A DNA stretch of 63,992 bases, filler included, from an uncultured Methanosarcinales archaeon (GTDB lineage: Archaea > Nanobdellota > Nanobdellia > Woesearchaeales > JACPBV01), in assembly GCA_964492935.1 (NCBI GenBank). It is 3 parts of 3 records of this genome, joined end to end, with 100 filler letters (N's around TTAATTAATTAA, not from the genome) between each part and the next. Parts side by side here need not be neighbours in the genome. Positions count along the whole stretch, not along the records: positions 22,531 to 44,351 come from CAZBLF010000019.1; 2 more parts are not named here. One strand, 5' to 3'. The notes below the pieces were generated by a model that ran no database searches, was not told where the DNA came from, and was given only the letters and a program-made list of their open reading frames with translations. This document shows, piece by piece, positions 29,876 to 38,500 of the stretch. The first letter of the stretch is position 1. Each line of letters begins with the position of its first letter. A program made the translations under genes and the position numbers.

Positions 29876-31786
29876 ATGGAATATCTAGGGTTAACATTAG
29901 ACAAGTTTCAGGAAGATGCCATAAATGCAATCGAACAAGGCAAATCGGTAGTAGTCTCAGCACCCACTGGATCCGGAAAAACATTAATAGCAAATTACCT
30001 CATCGATCTCAAGATTAAGCAAAAGCAGCAAGTCATCTACACCGCACCTATCAAAGCACTCTCCAACCAGAAATACAAGGAATTCATCAATCTCTATGGA
30101 GAAACCAATGTAGGATTGATGACCGGCGACATAGTCGAAAATCCCGATGCACCCATCGTCATCATGACCACCGAAATCTATCGTAATATGGCTATCGCCA
30201 AGGACGAAAGAATAGAAAAGATTTTCGCAGTCGTCTTCGATGAAGTGCATTATATCAATGATATAGAAAGAGGACACATCTGGGAGGAATCAGTCATCTT
30301 CAGCCCCGAAAAAGTGAGATTTCTCTGCCTCTCCGCCACAATCCCCAACGCAAAGGAATTCTCAGACTGGATTGAAAAGATAAAGGGCCACGAAGTCACC
30401 ACCATCACCCATCACAAAAGAATAGTGCCGTTAACCCACAAATTCTACGACATCGAGCTAGGAATCGCAGATCTACAAGAAATTCACGACGTCGCCAATA
30501 TTCCGAATTATCATCATGCCGTAAGAGGCAAACGCAATAAGAGACAACGACCCCAATTTCCAGATCATACTAAACTCATCAAAGAACTCGGCAACGAATT
30601 ACCAGCGCTCTTCTTCTGCTTCTCTCGCGACCGATGTGAAAAGAAGGCCAAAGAACTAGCAGAGACTGGAATGTTCACCAGCTCAATAGAAATCTCAAAT
30701 TTCGTCAGAAAGAAACTACAAGAGGCACCTGATGAAATCTGCAGACTAAAAACAACTAAAATATTGAGAGAAACATTATCCAGACACATAGGATTCCATC
30801 ACGCCGGTTTACTCCCTGTCTTAAAGGAAATCGTAGAAGAACTGTTTGCACGAGGATTAATCAAAGTACTCTATGCCACCGAAACCTTTGCCGTGGGCAT
30901 CAACATGCCAGCAAGAACAGTATGTTTTGACTCGTTAAAGAAATACGACGGCATCTCACTCAGATATCTCAACACCAAGGAATACTTCCAAATGGCCGGA
31001 CGAGCAGGAAGACGAGGAATCGATACCCATGGCTTAGTCATCACTCAAATCGTAAGAAACGAATTCGACTATGAAAAAATCAAGAAGGTAACGTCAAAAG
31101 ACATCGAACCCATCAAATCCCAATTCAAATTAACCATAAACACCGTATTAAACATGCTCAAATTGCATTCTCAAGAGGAAATCGAGATCATCCTCAAGCA
31201 AAGTTTCCTAGCCTACCAAATGGAGATAAAAAAGAGAAAATTAGACATGAAAACGAGATTCGAGAACAAAATAAAACAACTTGAAAAACTAAACTATGTC
31301 CAAAATCGCCAATTAACCGAAAAAGGCATCTTCGCCTCAAAGATCTACTCAGACGAAATCTTAACAACCGAAATCTTCGCCACCGATAGAACTAATGATC
31401 TAGACGAACATGCAATCTTAATTATATTAGCAGTACTTTCCTATGAACCGCGCGAGAAAGACCGATTCTTCAAACCGAGAAAGAATGCAAAAACCAGAGA
31501 AGTAAGACATCTAGTAGATGACATCCCCCTCACAAGAAAAGATAACCGATTTAGATACGTCTACGAAGCAACCTCTCTAATAGAGCCCTGCCAGAACGAT
31601 GGATCATTTTTCGACATCCTCGACATCACCTCCATCTCCGAAGGAAACTTAATCAGATTCTACAATCAAATCACAGATAGAATCCAACAAATCCAAAGAG
31701 CAAGCATGAACCCACACCTATCGCAAAAGCTAACTCATATACGTGATCGCATCAGAGTATTCTTAGAAGACGTAAATAGGATATAG
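29876..31786 (+). CDS. Ski2/HelY-like DEVH-box helicase
   Basis: APTGSGKT, PIKALSNQKY, DEVH, LSATI, HHAGL, QMAGRAGRRG. Confidence 0.93.
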   Translation: MEYLGLTLDKFQEDAINAIEQGKSVVVSAPTGSGKTLIANYLIDLKIKQKQQVIYTAPIKALSNQKYKEFINLYGETNVGLMTGDIVENPDAPIVIMTTEIYRNMAIAKDERIEKIFAVVFDEVHYINDIERGHIWEESVIFSPEKVRFLCLSATIPNAKEFSDWIEKIKGHEVTTITHHKRIVPLTHKFYDIELGIADLQEIHDVANIPNYHHAVRGKRNKRQRPQFPDHTKLIKELGNELPALFFCFSRDRCEKKAKELAETGMFTSSIEISNFVRKKLQEAPDEICRLKTTKILRETLSRHIGFHHAGLLPVLKEIVEELFARGLIKVLYATETFAVGINMPARTVCFDSLKKYDGISLRYLNTKEYFQMAGRAGRRGIDTHGLVITQIVRNEFDYEKIKKVTSKDIEPIKSQFKLTINTVLNMLKLHSQEEIEIILKQSFLAYQMEIKKRKLDMKTRFENKIKQLEKLNYVQNRQLTEKGIFASKIYSDEILTTEIFATDRTNDLDEHAILIILAVLSYEPREKDRFFKPRKNAKTREVRHLVDDIPLTRKDNRFRYVYEATSLIEPCQNDGSFFDILDITSISEGNLIRFYNQITDRIQQIQRASMNPHLSQKLTHIRDRIRVFLEDVNRI

Positions 31787-31805
31787 AGACGGTTAAAAAC
31801 ATAAT

Positions 31806-32318
31806 TCACAATTTTCCAATAATATAACCGGTAAGTTGTCCAGCATATTGAACGCCGAGCGTCAAAGAACCACCCTTAACAAGAGCGAGAGGGAGTTCTT
31901 TCAATTTTTTGAAGGGAATGTGTTCTCCTTCTTTGGCGGGCGTACCGATATGGGTGATTCCTGCTACTGCCATACCCAGGCCTACGTTCATCTTAATTAC
32001 TGTTTGCTCGAGATCAGGATCTAGTGGATTGCCAATCGCCTTCGCATGCCCTATATAGAGATTAAACAAAAACGCCTCAGCATGAACCATCCAGGCCCCA
32101 TATTGTATGTTCTGTTCTCTTGTATTCCTTAGTGATGGCTCTTCATCTTCATGCCACTTGGAATATTCCGGAGGAGAATCAAAGAACTGACTGACCTCGT
32201 GCTCGAGATCAGAATTATCATTACCTTGCAAGCGATCATCCGCATCAGGTACATCTTCGTTGTTCATATTCATATCTCTCAGTTTGAATCGATCAGACAA
32301 AATGAGGCCAACCTTCAA
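31806..32318 (-). CDS. hypothetical membrane protein with acidic N-terminus (start uncertain)
   Basis: 170 aa ORF with three moderately hydrophobic segments. Confidence 0.55.
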   Translation of the reverse strand: MKVGLILSDRFKLRDMNMNNEDVPDADDRLQGNDNSDLEHEVSQFFDSPPEYSKWHEDEEPSLRNTREQNIQYGAWMVHAEAFLFNLYIGHAKAIGNPLDPDLEQTVIKMNVGLGMAVAGITHIGTPAKEGEHIPFKKLKELPLALVKGGSLTLGVQYAGQLTGYIIGKL

Positions 32319-32408
32319 GGTATAGGAGAGCGTGTTTATTTATAAAAGGTCGCATATTTAACTCCTAAACGGTAGTTAAAATAGCACCAGTAGAAATTCA
32401 ATAATAAA

Positions 32409-32987
32409 CTAAATCCGTTTCAACAGTTCTGCTTTCTTACTATCATACTCATCCTGAGTAATCAAAGATTCATCCAATAATGTTTTCAGTTCCACCAGCT
32501 TAGACTTCACATCAACCTTCTGACCATCTTTTCCCACATGAAGAAAGGTAGCTCCCGATTTAGCGCGTGACTCCTCGATCATTCGCATCCTCTTCCTTTC
32601 AACCCATTCCTCTTCCCGTTCCTGAGCAATAGCATAGACTCTTTTAGATTGATCCTTAGGCAACTTATCGATAACAAAGCTCCCATTCCCAAATCTAAAT
32701 TTTAATCTACCTCCAAGCAATCGCTCGCTCAGATGTACATCGATTAAATCTTTCCACAAGTAATCTTCAAATTTGACTCGCAAAATTCCAGGCAAATGTC
32801 TGATAATTCTCCTATTAGTAACGATAATAGAATGCGGCAAAAGGTTAACGACTGGCTTTTGTTGCACCACTACACAGAGCTCTTTCTCATCGCTGGTAAA
32901 CAATTTTTTAGCCCGCTCTATAACTTTCTTCAACAAGACGTCTTTCTGTTCAACATTAATCTTCGATCCAATCGGCATAATAATCAA
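32409..32987 (-). CDS. bacterial-PH-domain protein with C-terminal SHOCT
   Basis: IIVTNRRII; LVELKTLLDESLITQDEYDSKKAELL. Confidence 0.82.
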   Translation of the reverse strand: MIIMPIGSKINVEQKDVLLKKVIERAKKLFTSDEKELCVVVQQKPVVNLLPHSIIVTNRRIIRHLPGILRVKFEDYLWKDLIDVHLSERLLGGRLKFRFGNGSFVIDKLPKDQSKRVYAIAQEREEEWVERKRMRMIEESRAKSGATFLHVGKDGQKVDVKSKLVELKTLLDESLITQDEYDSKKAELLKRI

Positions 32988-33038
32988 TGAGGAGAACCCA
33001 GATACGACATATAAAGATATCCCTTTGAAAAAGAAAAA

Positions 33039-33113
33039 TGCCCCCAGCGGGATTCGAACCCACGTCGCGGCCTCGAAAGGGCCGTATGATTGACCGGACT
33101 ACACCATGGGGGC
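33039..33113 (-). tRNA. tRNA-Glu(TTC)
   Basis: GCCCCCA...CGGCC CT TTC GA GGCCG...GGTTCGAATCC...TGGGGGCA. Confidence 0.96.
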
Positions 33114-33151
33114 ATTGATGATTGTGATTGTCAGTTATTTAAAAATGTTAC

Positions 33152-33226
33152 GTGGGCTTGAGCACCGCGAAACGCACTAAGCTGTCGACCGGCTTCTCAG
33201 TCGCCGCGACTACACCATGGGGGCAT
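33152..33226 (-). repeat. 19-bp copy of the tRNA-Glu 5' end fused to GC-rich hairpins
   Basis: GACTACACCATGGGGGCAT at 33097-33115 and 33208-33226. Confidence 0.85.
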
Positions 33227-33334
33227 AGATAAAATTCAACAATAATCAGATTTCTGAATCTGTTTAAATAGTTTTCCTGAATACAGAACTAAAGAAGCAA
33301 TATTTTTATAAACTTACATCGAAATCCAACAAAC

Positions 33335-34786
33335 ATGCCAATCCCAAAATGCATGTCCACACAACATCCAGATAATGTGAATTCTCCCTTCTTCGCAGCA
33401 CAACCAGAGTTAGCAGGCGAAGACGAGATTAAAGAAGCATTCTACGCATTCTCACATCTCGGCTGTGACGAACAAATGTGGGATTGCGAAGGAAAAGAAA
33501 CCGACACCTACGTTGTAAAGAAATTATTAACAAAATACAGCAACTACTTCAAAGAGAATGAACTAGGAAAAGATCTCAACTTAACCTTCCGAGTTCCCAA
33601 TCCCACCGTTGAGCAAGCAGAAGCAAAAGTGTTACTAGAAACACTTGAAGGCATTCCCCGATCACACGACTCAGCAAAACTCTTTTACAAGAATGATAAT
33701 TCCCCTATTTTCGAAGTCATTCTTCCCATGACCTCAAGCACTCAAGAAATCAATCGCATCTATCACTATTACAAAGACTTTGTTGCAGGAAAAGAGCAGG
33801 CAAAACTAGCAGACACAACGATAGGGAAATGGATAGGAAACTTTCAACCTAAAACCATAAACGTCATTCCCTTATTCGAAAGCTATGAACATATGATTGG
33901 TGCTGCAGACATAACAAAGGAATATCTCAAGGATAAAAACCCAGAATACCAAAGAACATTTCTAGCGCGTTCTGATCCTGCGATGAATTATGGCAATATC
34001 ACCGCCGTCATCCTCAACAAGATCGCCTTAATAGGTTTTGCAGAATTAGAAAAAGATCTCAAGATTCCGATCTATCCCATCATCGGCGCAGGCTCCGCTC
34101 CCATGCGTGGAAATTTACGACCCACCACCCATATGCAGGTAAGCGAGGAATATCCCAGCGCCCACACCTTCACCTTACAATCCTCTTTCAAATACGATAA
34201 CTCGCCGTTGGAAGTAAGAAAAGCGATACGAGATTTAAGAAACAGGCAGCGCCAAGCACCACAAGAAATCGAAGAAGAAGCCACTTTGAAAGTGCTTGAA
34301 CCCTATTCAACAGCATTCCGCACCCAAGTTATCCAGCTAGCACCTCACATCAACGAAGTGGCACAATATATCCCTAGCAGAAGAAAGAGAAAGCTCCACA
34401 TAGGATTATTTGGATATTCAAGAGATGTCGACGGAGTACAATTACCTCGCGCCATTAAGTTCACCGCAGCACTCTACTCACTAGGAATACCGCCAGAACT
34501 ACTGGGAATAGATGCTCTAGAAGCTAACGATATAGACCTCATCAAAAAGAGTCATATCCATCTCGAATCCGACGTCAAGCAAGCAATGCACTTTCTCAAC
34601 CCAGAAAGCCCGTTCGTACCCGCAGCCTTACCAAAGAAACTGTACGACCTCTTCGGTGATGTGGAAGTTAACGAGGAACATCAAAAGTCCAGCAATCAGA
34701 TCATCAAAGCCATCAACGAAAAGCGGGGACAAGGAATTGTAGAACCCGCACTCAATGCTGCAAACATAAGAGGATTTCTAGGATAA
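33335..34786 (+). CDS. ppcA: archaeal-type phosphoenolpyruvate carboxylase
   Basis: MSTQHPDN, MWDCEGK, FLARSDPAMNYG, LPRAIKF motifs. Confidence 0.96.
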   Translation: MPIPKCMSTQHPDNVNSPFFAAQPELAGEDEIKEAFYAFSHLGCDEQMWDCEGKETDTYVVKKLLTKYSNYFKENELGKDLNLTFRVPNPTVEQAEAKVLLETLEGIPRSHDSAKLFYKNDNSPIFEVILPMTSSTQEINRIYHYYKDFVAGKEQAKLADTTIGKWIGNFQPKTINVIPLFESYEHMIGAADITKEYLKDKNPEYQRTFLARSDPAMNYGNITAVILNKIALIGFAELEKDLKIPIYPIIGAGSAPMRGNLRPTTHMQVSEEYPSAHTFTLQSSFKYDNSPLEVRKAIRDLRNRQRQAPQEIEEEATLKVLEPYSTAFRTQVIQLAPHINEVAQYIPSRRKRKLHIGLFGYSRDVDGVQLPRAIKFTAALYSLGIPPELLGIDALEANDIDLIKKSHIHLESDVKQAMHFLNPESPFVPAALPKKLYDLFGDVEVNEEHQKSSNQIIKAINEKRGQGIVEPALNAANIRGFLG

Positions 34787-34900
34787 CTCAGACCAGTAGT
34801 TATCGGTCTGAGGAATTGGAAATTTTTGCGAAATTTCCAATAAAAAATAAAAAATGGGCCCGAAGATAATGGAAATGAAATATTTCCAAACCTTCGCTAC
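34787..34900. repeat. hairpin cluster with a 17-bp copy of the tRNA-Ile 3' end
   Basis: AAAAAATGGGCCCGAAG at 34849-34865 and 34904-34920; stems CTCAGACC:GGTCTGAG, ATTGGAAATTT:AAATTTCCAAT, GGAAAT:ATTTCC. Confidence 0.78.
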
Positions 34901-34909
34901 CAAAAAAAA

Positions 34910-35000
34910 TGGGCCCGAAGGGATTTGAACCCTCCACCAATGGTACACTTAGAACGACGTCATATAAGACCATCGCTCCACCAGGCTAAGCTACGGGCCC
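34910..35000 (-). tRNA. tRNA-Ile(TAT) with a 17-nt intron at 37/38 (34946-34962)
   Basis: GGGCCCGTAGCTTAGCC...ATGGT CT TAT A[TGACGTCGTTCTAAGTG]T ACCAT...CGGGCCCA; BHB helix CTTA:TAAG. Confidence 0.9.
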
Positions 35001-35084
35001 GCATGGGAAAGAGAAGGAAATATGTTTATAAAGATTCCTACCGTACAACAAAACCTTTTTATGCAGCATAAAGATACAAACCAA

Positions 35085-35900
35085 ATGATCGCACGAGCCT
35101 TCTCTCCCGGCAACATCACCCTCTTCTTCGGAATCTACAAACATGAAAATCCTCTAAAGTCAGGTTCACTCGGAGTAAGTTTTGCAACAACCAAAGGCGC
35201 ATTCGCAACCGTACAAGAAGCAGATCAAAAACAACTCATCATCAACAATCAAGAAGCAACATTTCCCACCGTAGAGAAAGCAATTCAATTATTAACCGAC
35301 AAATCCCTAAAAATTGAAATCAAAACAGAATTACCCATCGGACACGGCTACAGCATGAGTGCTTCCTGTACATTAGCAGCACTTCTAGCAGCCAACCAAG
35401 TCTGCAACACCAACAAAACAAAGAAACAACTCGCACTGATAGCACATCAATCAGAAGTCATGCACAACACCGGATTAGGCAGCATCACCGCAGAATATCT
35501 AGGAGGCATGCTAGCACGCACCACTCGTTCAGAACCCCTAGAAGCCCGCGAGCTAGCCGTAGAACATAAAATTCTCTACTACAAGACACTAGGAGAAATT
35601 AACACAAAGGAAGTCATCACCAATCCCGAAATGAAGACAAGGATCAACCTCGCCTGCAGCAAAGCACTCAAATCTATCACCAACGCCTCCATAGAACAAC
35701 TCTTCCGTCTAGGAAAAGAATTCGCAAAAGACACGGGATTGCTAGAAGATCCAGAACTCATCCAACTCATCCAACAAGTAGAAGCACAACAAGGATCAGC
35801 AACCATGAATATGATTGGTCGCAGCATCATCGCCACAAAACCCTTTCCCGGCTCCACACCTATTCAGATAGCCAAGCAAGGTGCTACTCTTCTAACGTAA
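35085..35900 (+). CDS. pantoate kinase (GHMP kinase family)
   Basis: AFSPGNITLFF, GSLG, PIGHGYSMSA, TGLG motifs; PPS gene nearby. Confidence 0.88.
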   Translation: MIARAFSPGNITLFFGIYKHENPLKSGSLGVSFATTKGAFATVQEADQKQLIINNQEATFPTVEKAIQLLTDKSLKIEIKTELPIGHGYSMSASCTLAALLAANQVCNTNKTKKQLALIAHQSEVMHNTGLGSITAEYLGGMLARTTRSEPLEARELAVEHKILYYKTLGEINTKEVITNPEMKTRINLACSKALKSITNASIEQLFRLGKEFAKDTGLLEDPELIQLIQQVEAQQGSATMNMIGRSIIATKPFPGSTPIQIAKQGATLLT

Positions 35901-36035
35901 GCAACAACACTGACGCCCATCGAGGCGGATGAGTTCAAAGAACTCATAATCCTGCCGTGCCCCAGTGTTGTTACGACCGTGCCTCTACAATCCTCCTAAC
36001 GTAAAGTTATTAAAGCCAAGAACTTCTAGCAAGAT

Positions 36036-36668
36036 ATGCCAAAAAAGAAACATTCCAAAAAGCACCAAACAGCGAGACACAAAACAATCTGGATCACCCT
36101 AGCATTCCTCTTCATTCTAGCAGCCTTCTCCGGAAAAGACTACATTCCAGTAGAACCAGAATTACATGAAAACACCCAGCTAGCATTAAGTATCCTCAAT
36201 GAAGACGAGAAGCAGCTCGACAACGATGGAAAGATCATGTTAGATGTCAAAGGAGACTTTCCCAACACCAAAGAAGGCACCTTCGAAATCAGATTAAAGC
36301 TCGATGTACATCAACTTGCCAAGAGCTACCAGAAAATCCCGCATTACATAGTCTTTTTTGAATCCACAGTCCATCCCACCATGACTTTACGTTACAACGT
36401 CTACGATTCTATCATCGAAGGCGGTCTCCCTAAAATGAAGTCCGGACCACTCAAGTTCATGGATGGAGAGTATCATACCGTCCAGTACACCTACCACCAA
36501 GACCGCGGCCAAGCCATCTTCTTTGATGGAGAAAAAGTCATCCAATCCGGTTTCGACCCCATCAGCAACGCAATTACTGGAAACGCTATTATAGAAAGAA
36601 GCAACTTCCTAGGCTTCATTACAGAGGATTTCACCACATCCATCACCCAAACCTACATCGGAGACTAA
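36036..36668 (+). CDS. membrane-anchored protein with a possible LamG/concanavalin-like beta-sandwich
   Basis: N-terminal TM; DGEYHTVQYTY...IFFDGEKV resembles LamG DGxWHhV...YxDG. Confidence 0.6.
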   Translation: MPKKKHSKKHQTARHKTIWITLAFLFILAAFSGKDYIPVEPELHENTQLALSILNEDEKQLDNDGKIMLDVKGDFPNTKEGTFEIRLKLDVHQLAKSYQKIPHYIVFFESTVHPTMTLRYNVYDSIIEGGLPKMKSGPLKFMDGEYHTVQYTYHQDRGQAIFFDGEKVIQSGFDPISNAITGNAIIERSNFLGFITEDFTTSITQTYIGD

Positions 36669-36669
36669 T

Positions 36670-37305
36670 ATGGTACCCAAATCTCATCCACGCTATCTCT
36701 CTTTGAAAATCCGCGATCAGATAGTCGCAGGAGTAAAAGCAGGCATCACCTCCGAACACGGCTTACTAGCCCATGGACGAGGCGAAGCCTTCGATTACAT
36801 GATTGGAGAGAAAACCACAACCCAAGCCAAACAACAAATCAAGAAAGCAGCACTTCTACTAAAAAAAGCAAAACACCCCGTAATCAGCGTCAATGGTAAC
36901 GCAGCAGCCCTAGTACCAAAAGAACTAGTGCAACTCTCCAAAGCCATCCCAGCCAAATTAGAAGTAAACATCTTCCATTCCTCTAAAAAGAGAGAAAAAG
37001 CAATCGCCAAACATCTAAAAAAGCACGGCGCAAAAGAAGTCCTTCTACCCAATTCAGGCAAAATCAAATTCATCGAATCCAACAGAAAGCACTGCAACAA
37101 AGAAGGTCAACAAAAAGCAGACGTCATTTTTGTACCGCTAGAAGACGGAGACCGATGCGAAGCCCTAATCAAAATGAAGAAGAAAGTAATTACAATCGAC
37201 CTAAACAAACAATCCAGAACCGCAAAGAAAGCAACTATTACGATAGTAGATAATATTGTAAGAGCAATGCCACGACTAATCAAAGAACTAAAGAATATGT
37301 CCTAG
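36670..37305 (+). CDS. 4-phosphopantoate--beta-alanine ligase (phosphopantothenate synthetase)
   Basis: HPRYLSL, AHGRGEAFDY, SVNGN, VPLEDGDR motifs. Confidence 0.95.
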   Translation: MVPKSHPRYLSLKIRDQIVAGVKAGITSEHGLLAHGRGEAFDYMIGEKTTTQAKQQIKKAALLLKKAKHPVISVNGNAAALVPKELVQLSKAIPAKLEVNIFHSSKKREKAIAKHLKKHGAKEVLLPNSGKIKFIESNRKHCNKEGQQKADVIFVPLEDGDRCEALIKMKKKVITIDLNKQSRTAKKATITIVDNIVRAMPRLIKELKNMS

Positions 37306-37974
37306 AACTTCTCGCAAATCCTTCTTAACAATCTCAACATCCGCAACTCTTCTTAACTCAGCATCCTTACAATTAAAGGCAATTCCCATCCCTGCAATCT
37401 TAGCAATCTCCACATCATTATGATGGTCCCCAATATGAACGCATTCAGACAATTCAAACCCTTCACGTGAAGCAATCTTTCGTAAAGCATCCGCCTTCTT
37501 AATCATATCAAATTGAGTCACTTTTGCACCCGTCAACGTATCACCATCAAATTTCAAGTGAGAAAAAAACACATCATCAAAGATCTCGAGATAATCAGGC
37601 ATCAGTGTAGCAAGCAACATATCCACCGAACCAGAAATAATAGCAAGCTTAAAACCAGCTTTTTTCAATTCAAGTAATGTTTCCCGAGCACCCGCCATCA
37701 ATTTCAACTTTTTACACGCAGCTTCAAAGTCAGAGCGCTTTACACCTTTAGTAACCCACATCCCAATATCATGATCTGCCCATTCCTGATAAGAAATAGC
37801 ACCAGAAAAGAACTTCTTCCTCACCTGTTCACGAACATCTTTATCCGTTGCAAAGTGATCATGCAGCAATTCCCACGAATATTCAAAATCATCAGTCACA
37901 GAATCTATTAACGTACCATCCACATCAAAACACACCAGCTTAAAGCGAGACATAGAGTAAGTAAACAACCCCAC
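37288..37974 (-). CDS. HAD-superfamily phosphatase, SerB-like
   Basis: FDVDGTL, ISGS, GDHHND motifs. Confidence 0.85.
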   Translation of the reverse strand: MGLFTYSMSRFKLVCFDVDGTLIDSVTDDFEYSWELLHDHFATDKDVREQVRKKFFSGAISYQEWADHDIGMWVTKGVKRSDFEAACKKLKLMAGARETLLELKKAGFKLAIISGSVDMLLATLMPDYLEIFDDVFFSHLKFDGDTLTGAKVTQFDMIKKADALRKIASREGFELSECVHIGDHHNDVEIAKIAGMGIAFNCKDAELRRVADVEIVKKDLREVLGHIL

Positions 37975-38072
37975 CTTAATATAGACTTCTACTCAGAACA
38001 CCCAGCTTTTCATAAACTTTATAAACAATCCAGCTCCTCTAATCAATAACAAATTTGCCGGAGGGGTATAAA

Positions 38073-38495
38073 ATGACTGTAATTGGATTTAACTTCACAA
38101 AAATTGATGTAGAAAAGAAAGAAGGAGTAACAGGTAAAATTAACATTAAAAACAACGTCTCTATTAAGGACGTTGTTGAACAACCGCTTGATCTAGGAAC
38201 CGGAAAGCAAAAAGCAATCAAATTCGTCTTCGAATTCGTCTCAAACTACGAAACAGGCCTAGGACATATCAGCCTGCTGGGAGACATCGTCTATATCGCT
38301 GATGATAAGGAAACCAAAAGCATCCTTGGCGAATGGAAAAAGTCAAAGAAGGTCGAAAAAGAGGTCATGTCAAAGATTCTCAACACCATCCTCAACAAAT
38401 GTAATATTGAAGCCTTAATCCTATCACAAAAGGTAAATCTACCCTCACCCATACCACTACCACAGGTATCGCGTGATCAGGGAGAAAGAAAATAG
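38073..38495 (+). CDS. hypothetical protein, possible SecB-like fold
   Basis: Four beta-strands, then a helix and LPSPIPLP tail; GGAGGGG SD before ATG 38073. Confidence 0.7.
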   Translation: MTVIGFNFTKIDVEKKEGVTGKINIKNNVSIKDVVEQPLDLGTGKQKAIKFVFEFVSNYETGLGHISLLGDIVYIADDKETKSILGEWKKSKKVEKEVMSKILNTILNKCNIEALILSQKVNLPSPIPLPQVSRDQGERK

Positions 38496-38500
38496 GGGCG

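Noticed and set aside
33152..33226. Nanoarchaeum-style split tRNA half
   Set aside because: An intact tRNA-Glu is adjacent, the fragment stops in the D-arm, and no complementary partner is visible in the window
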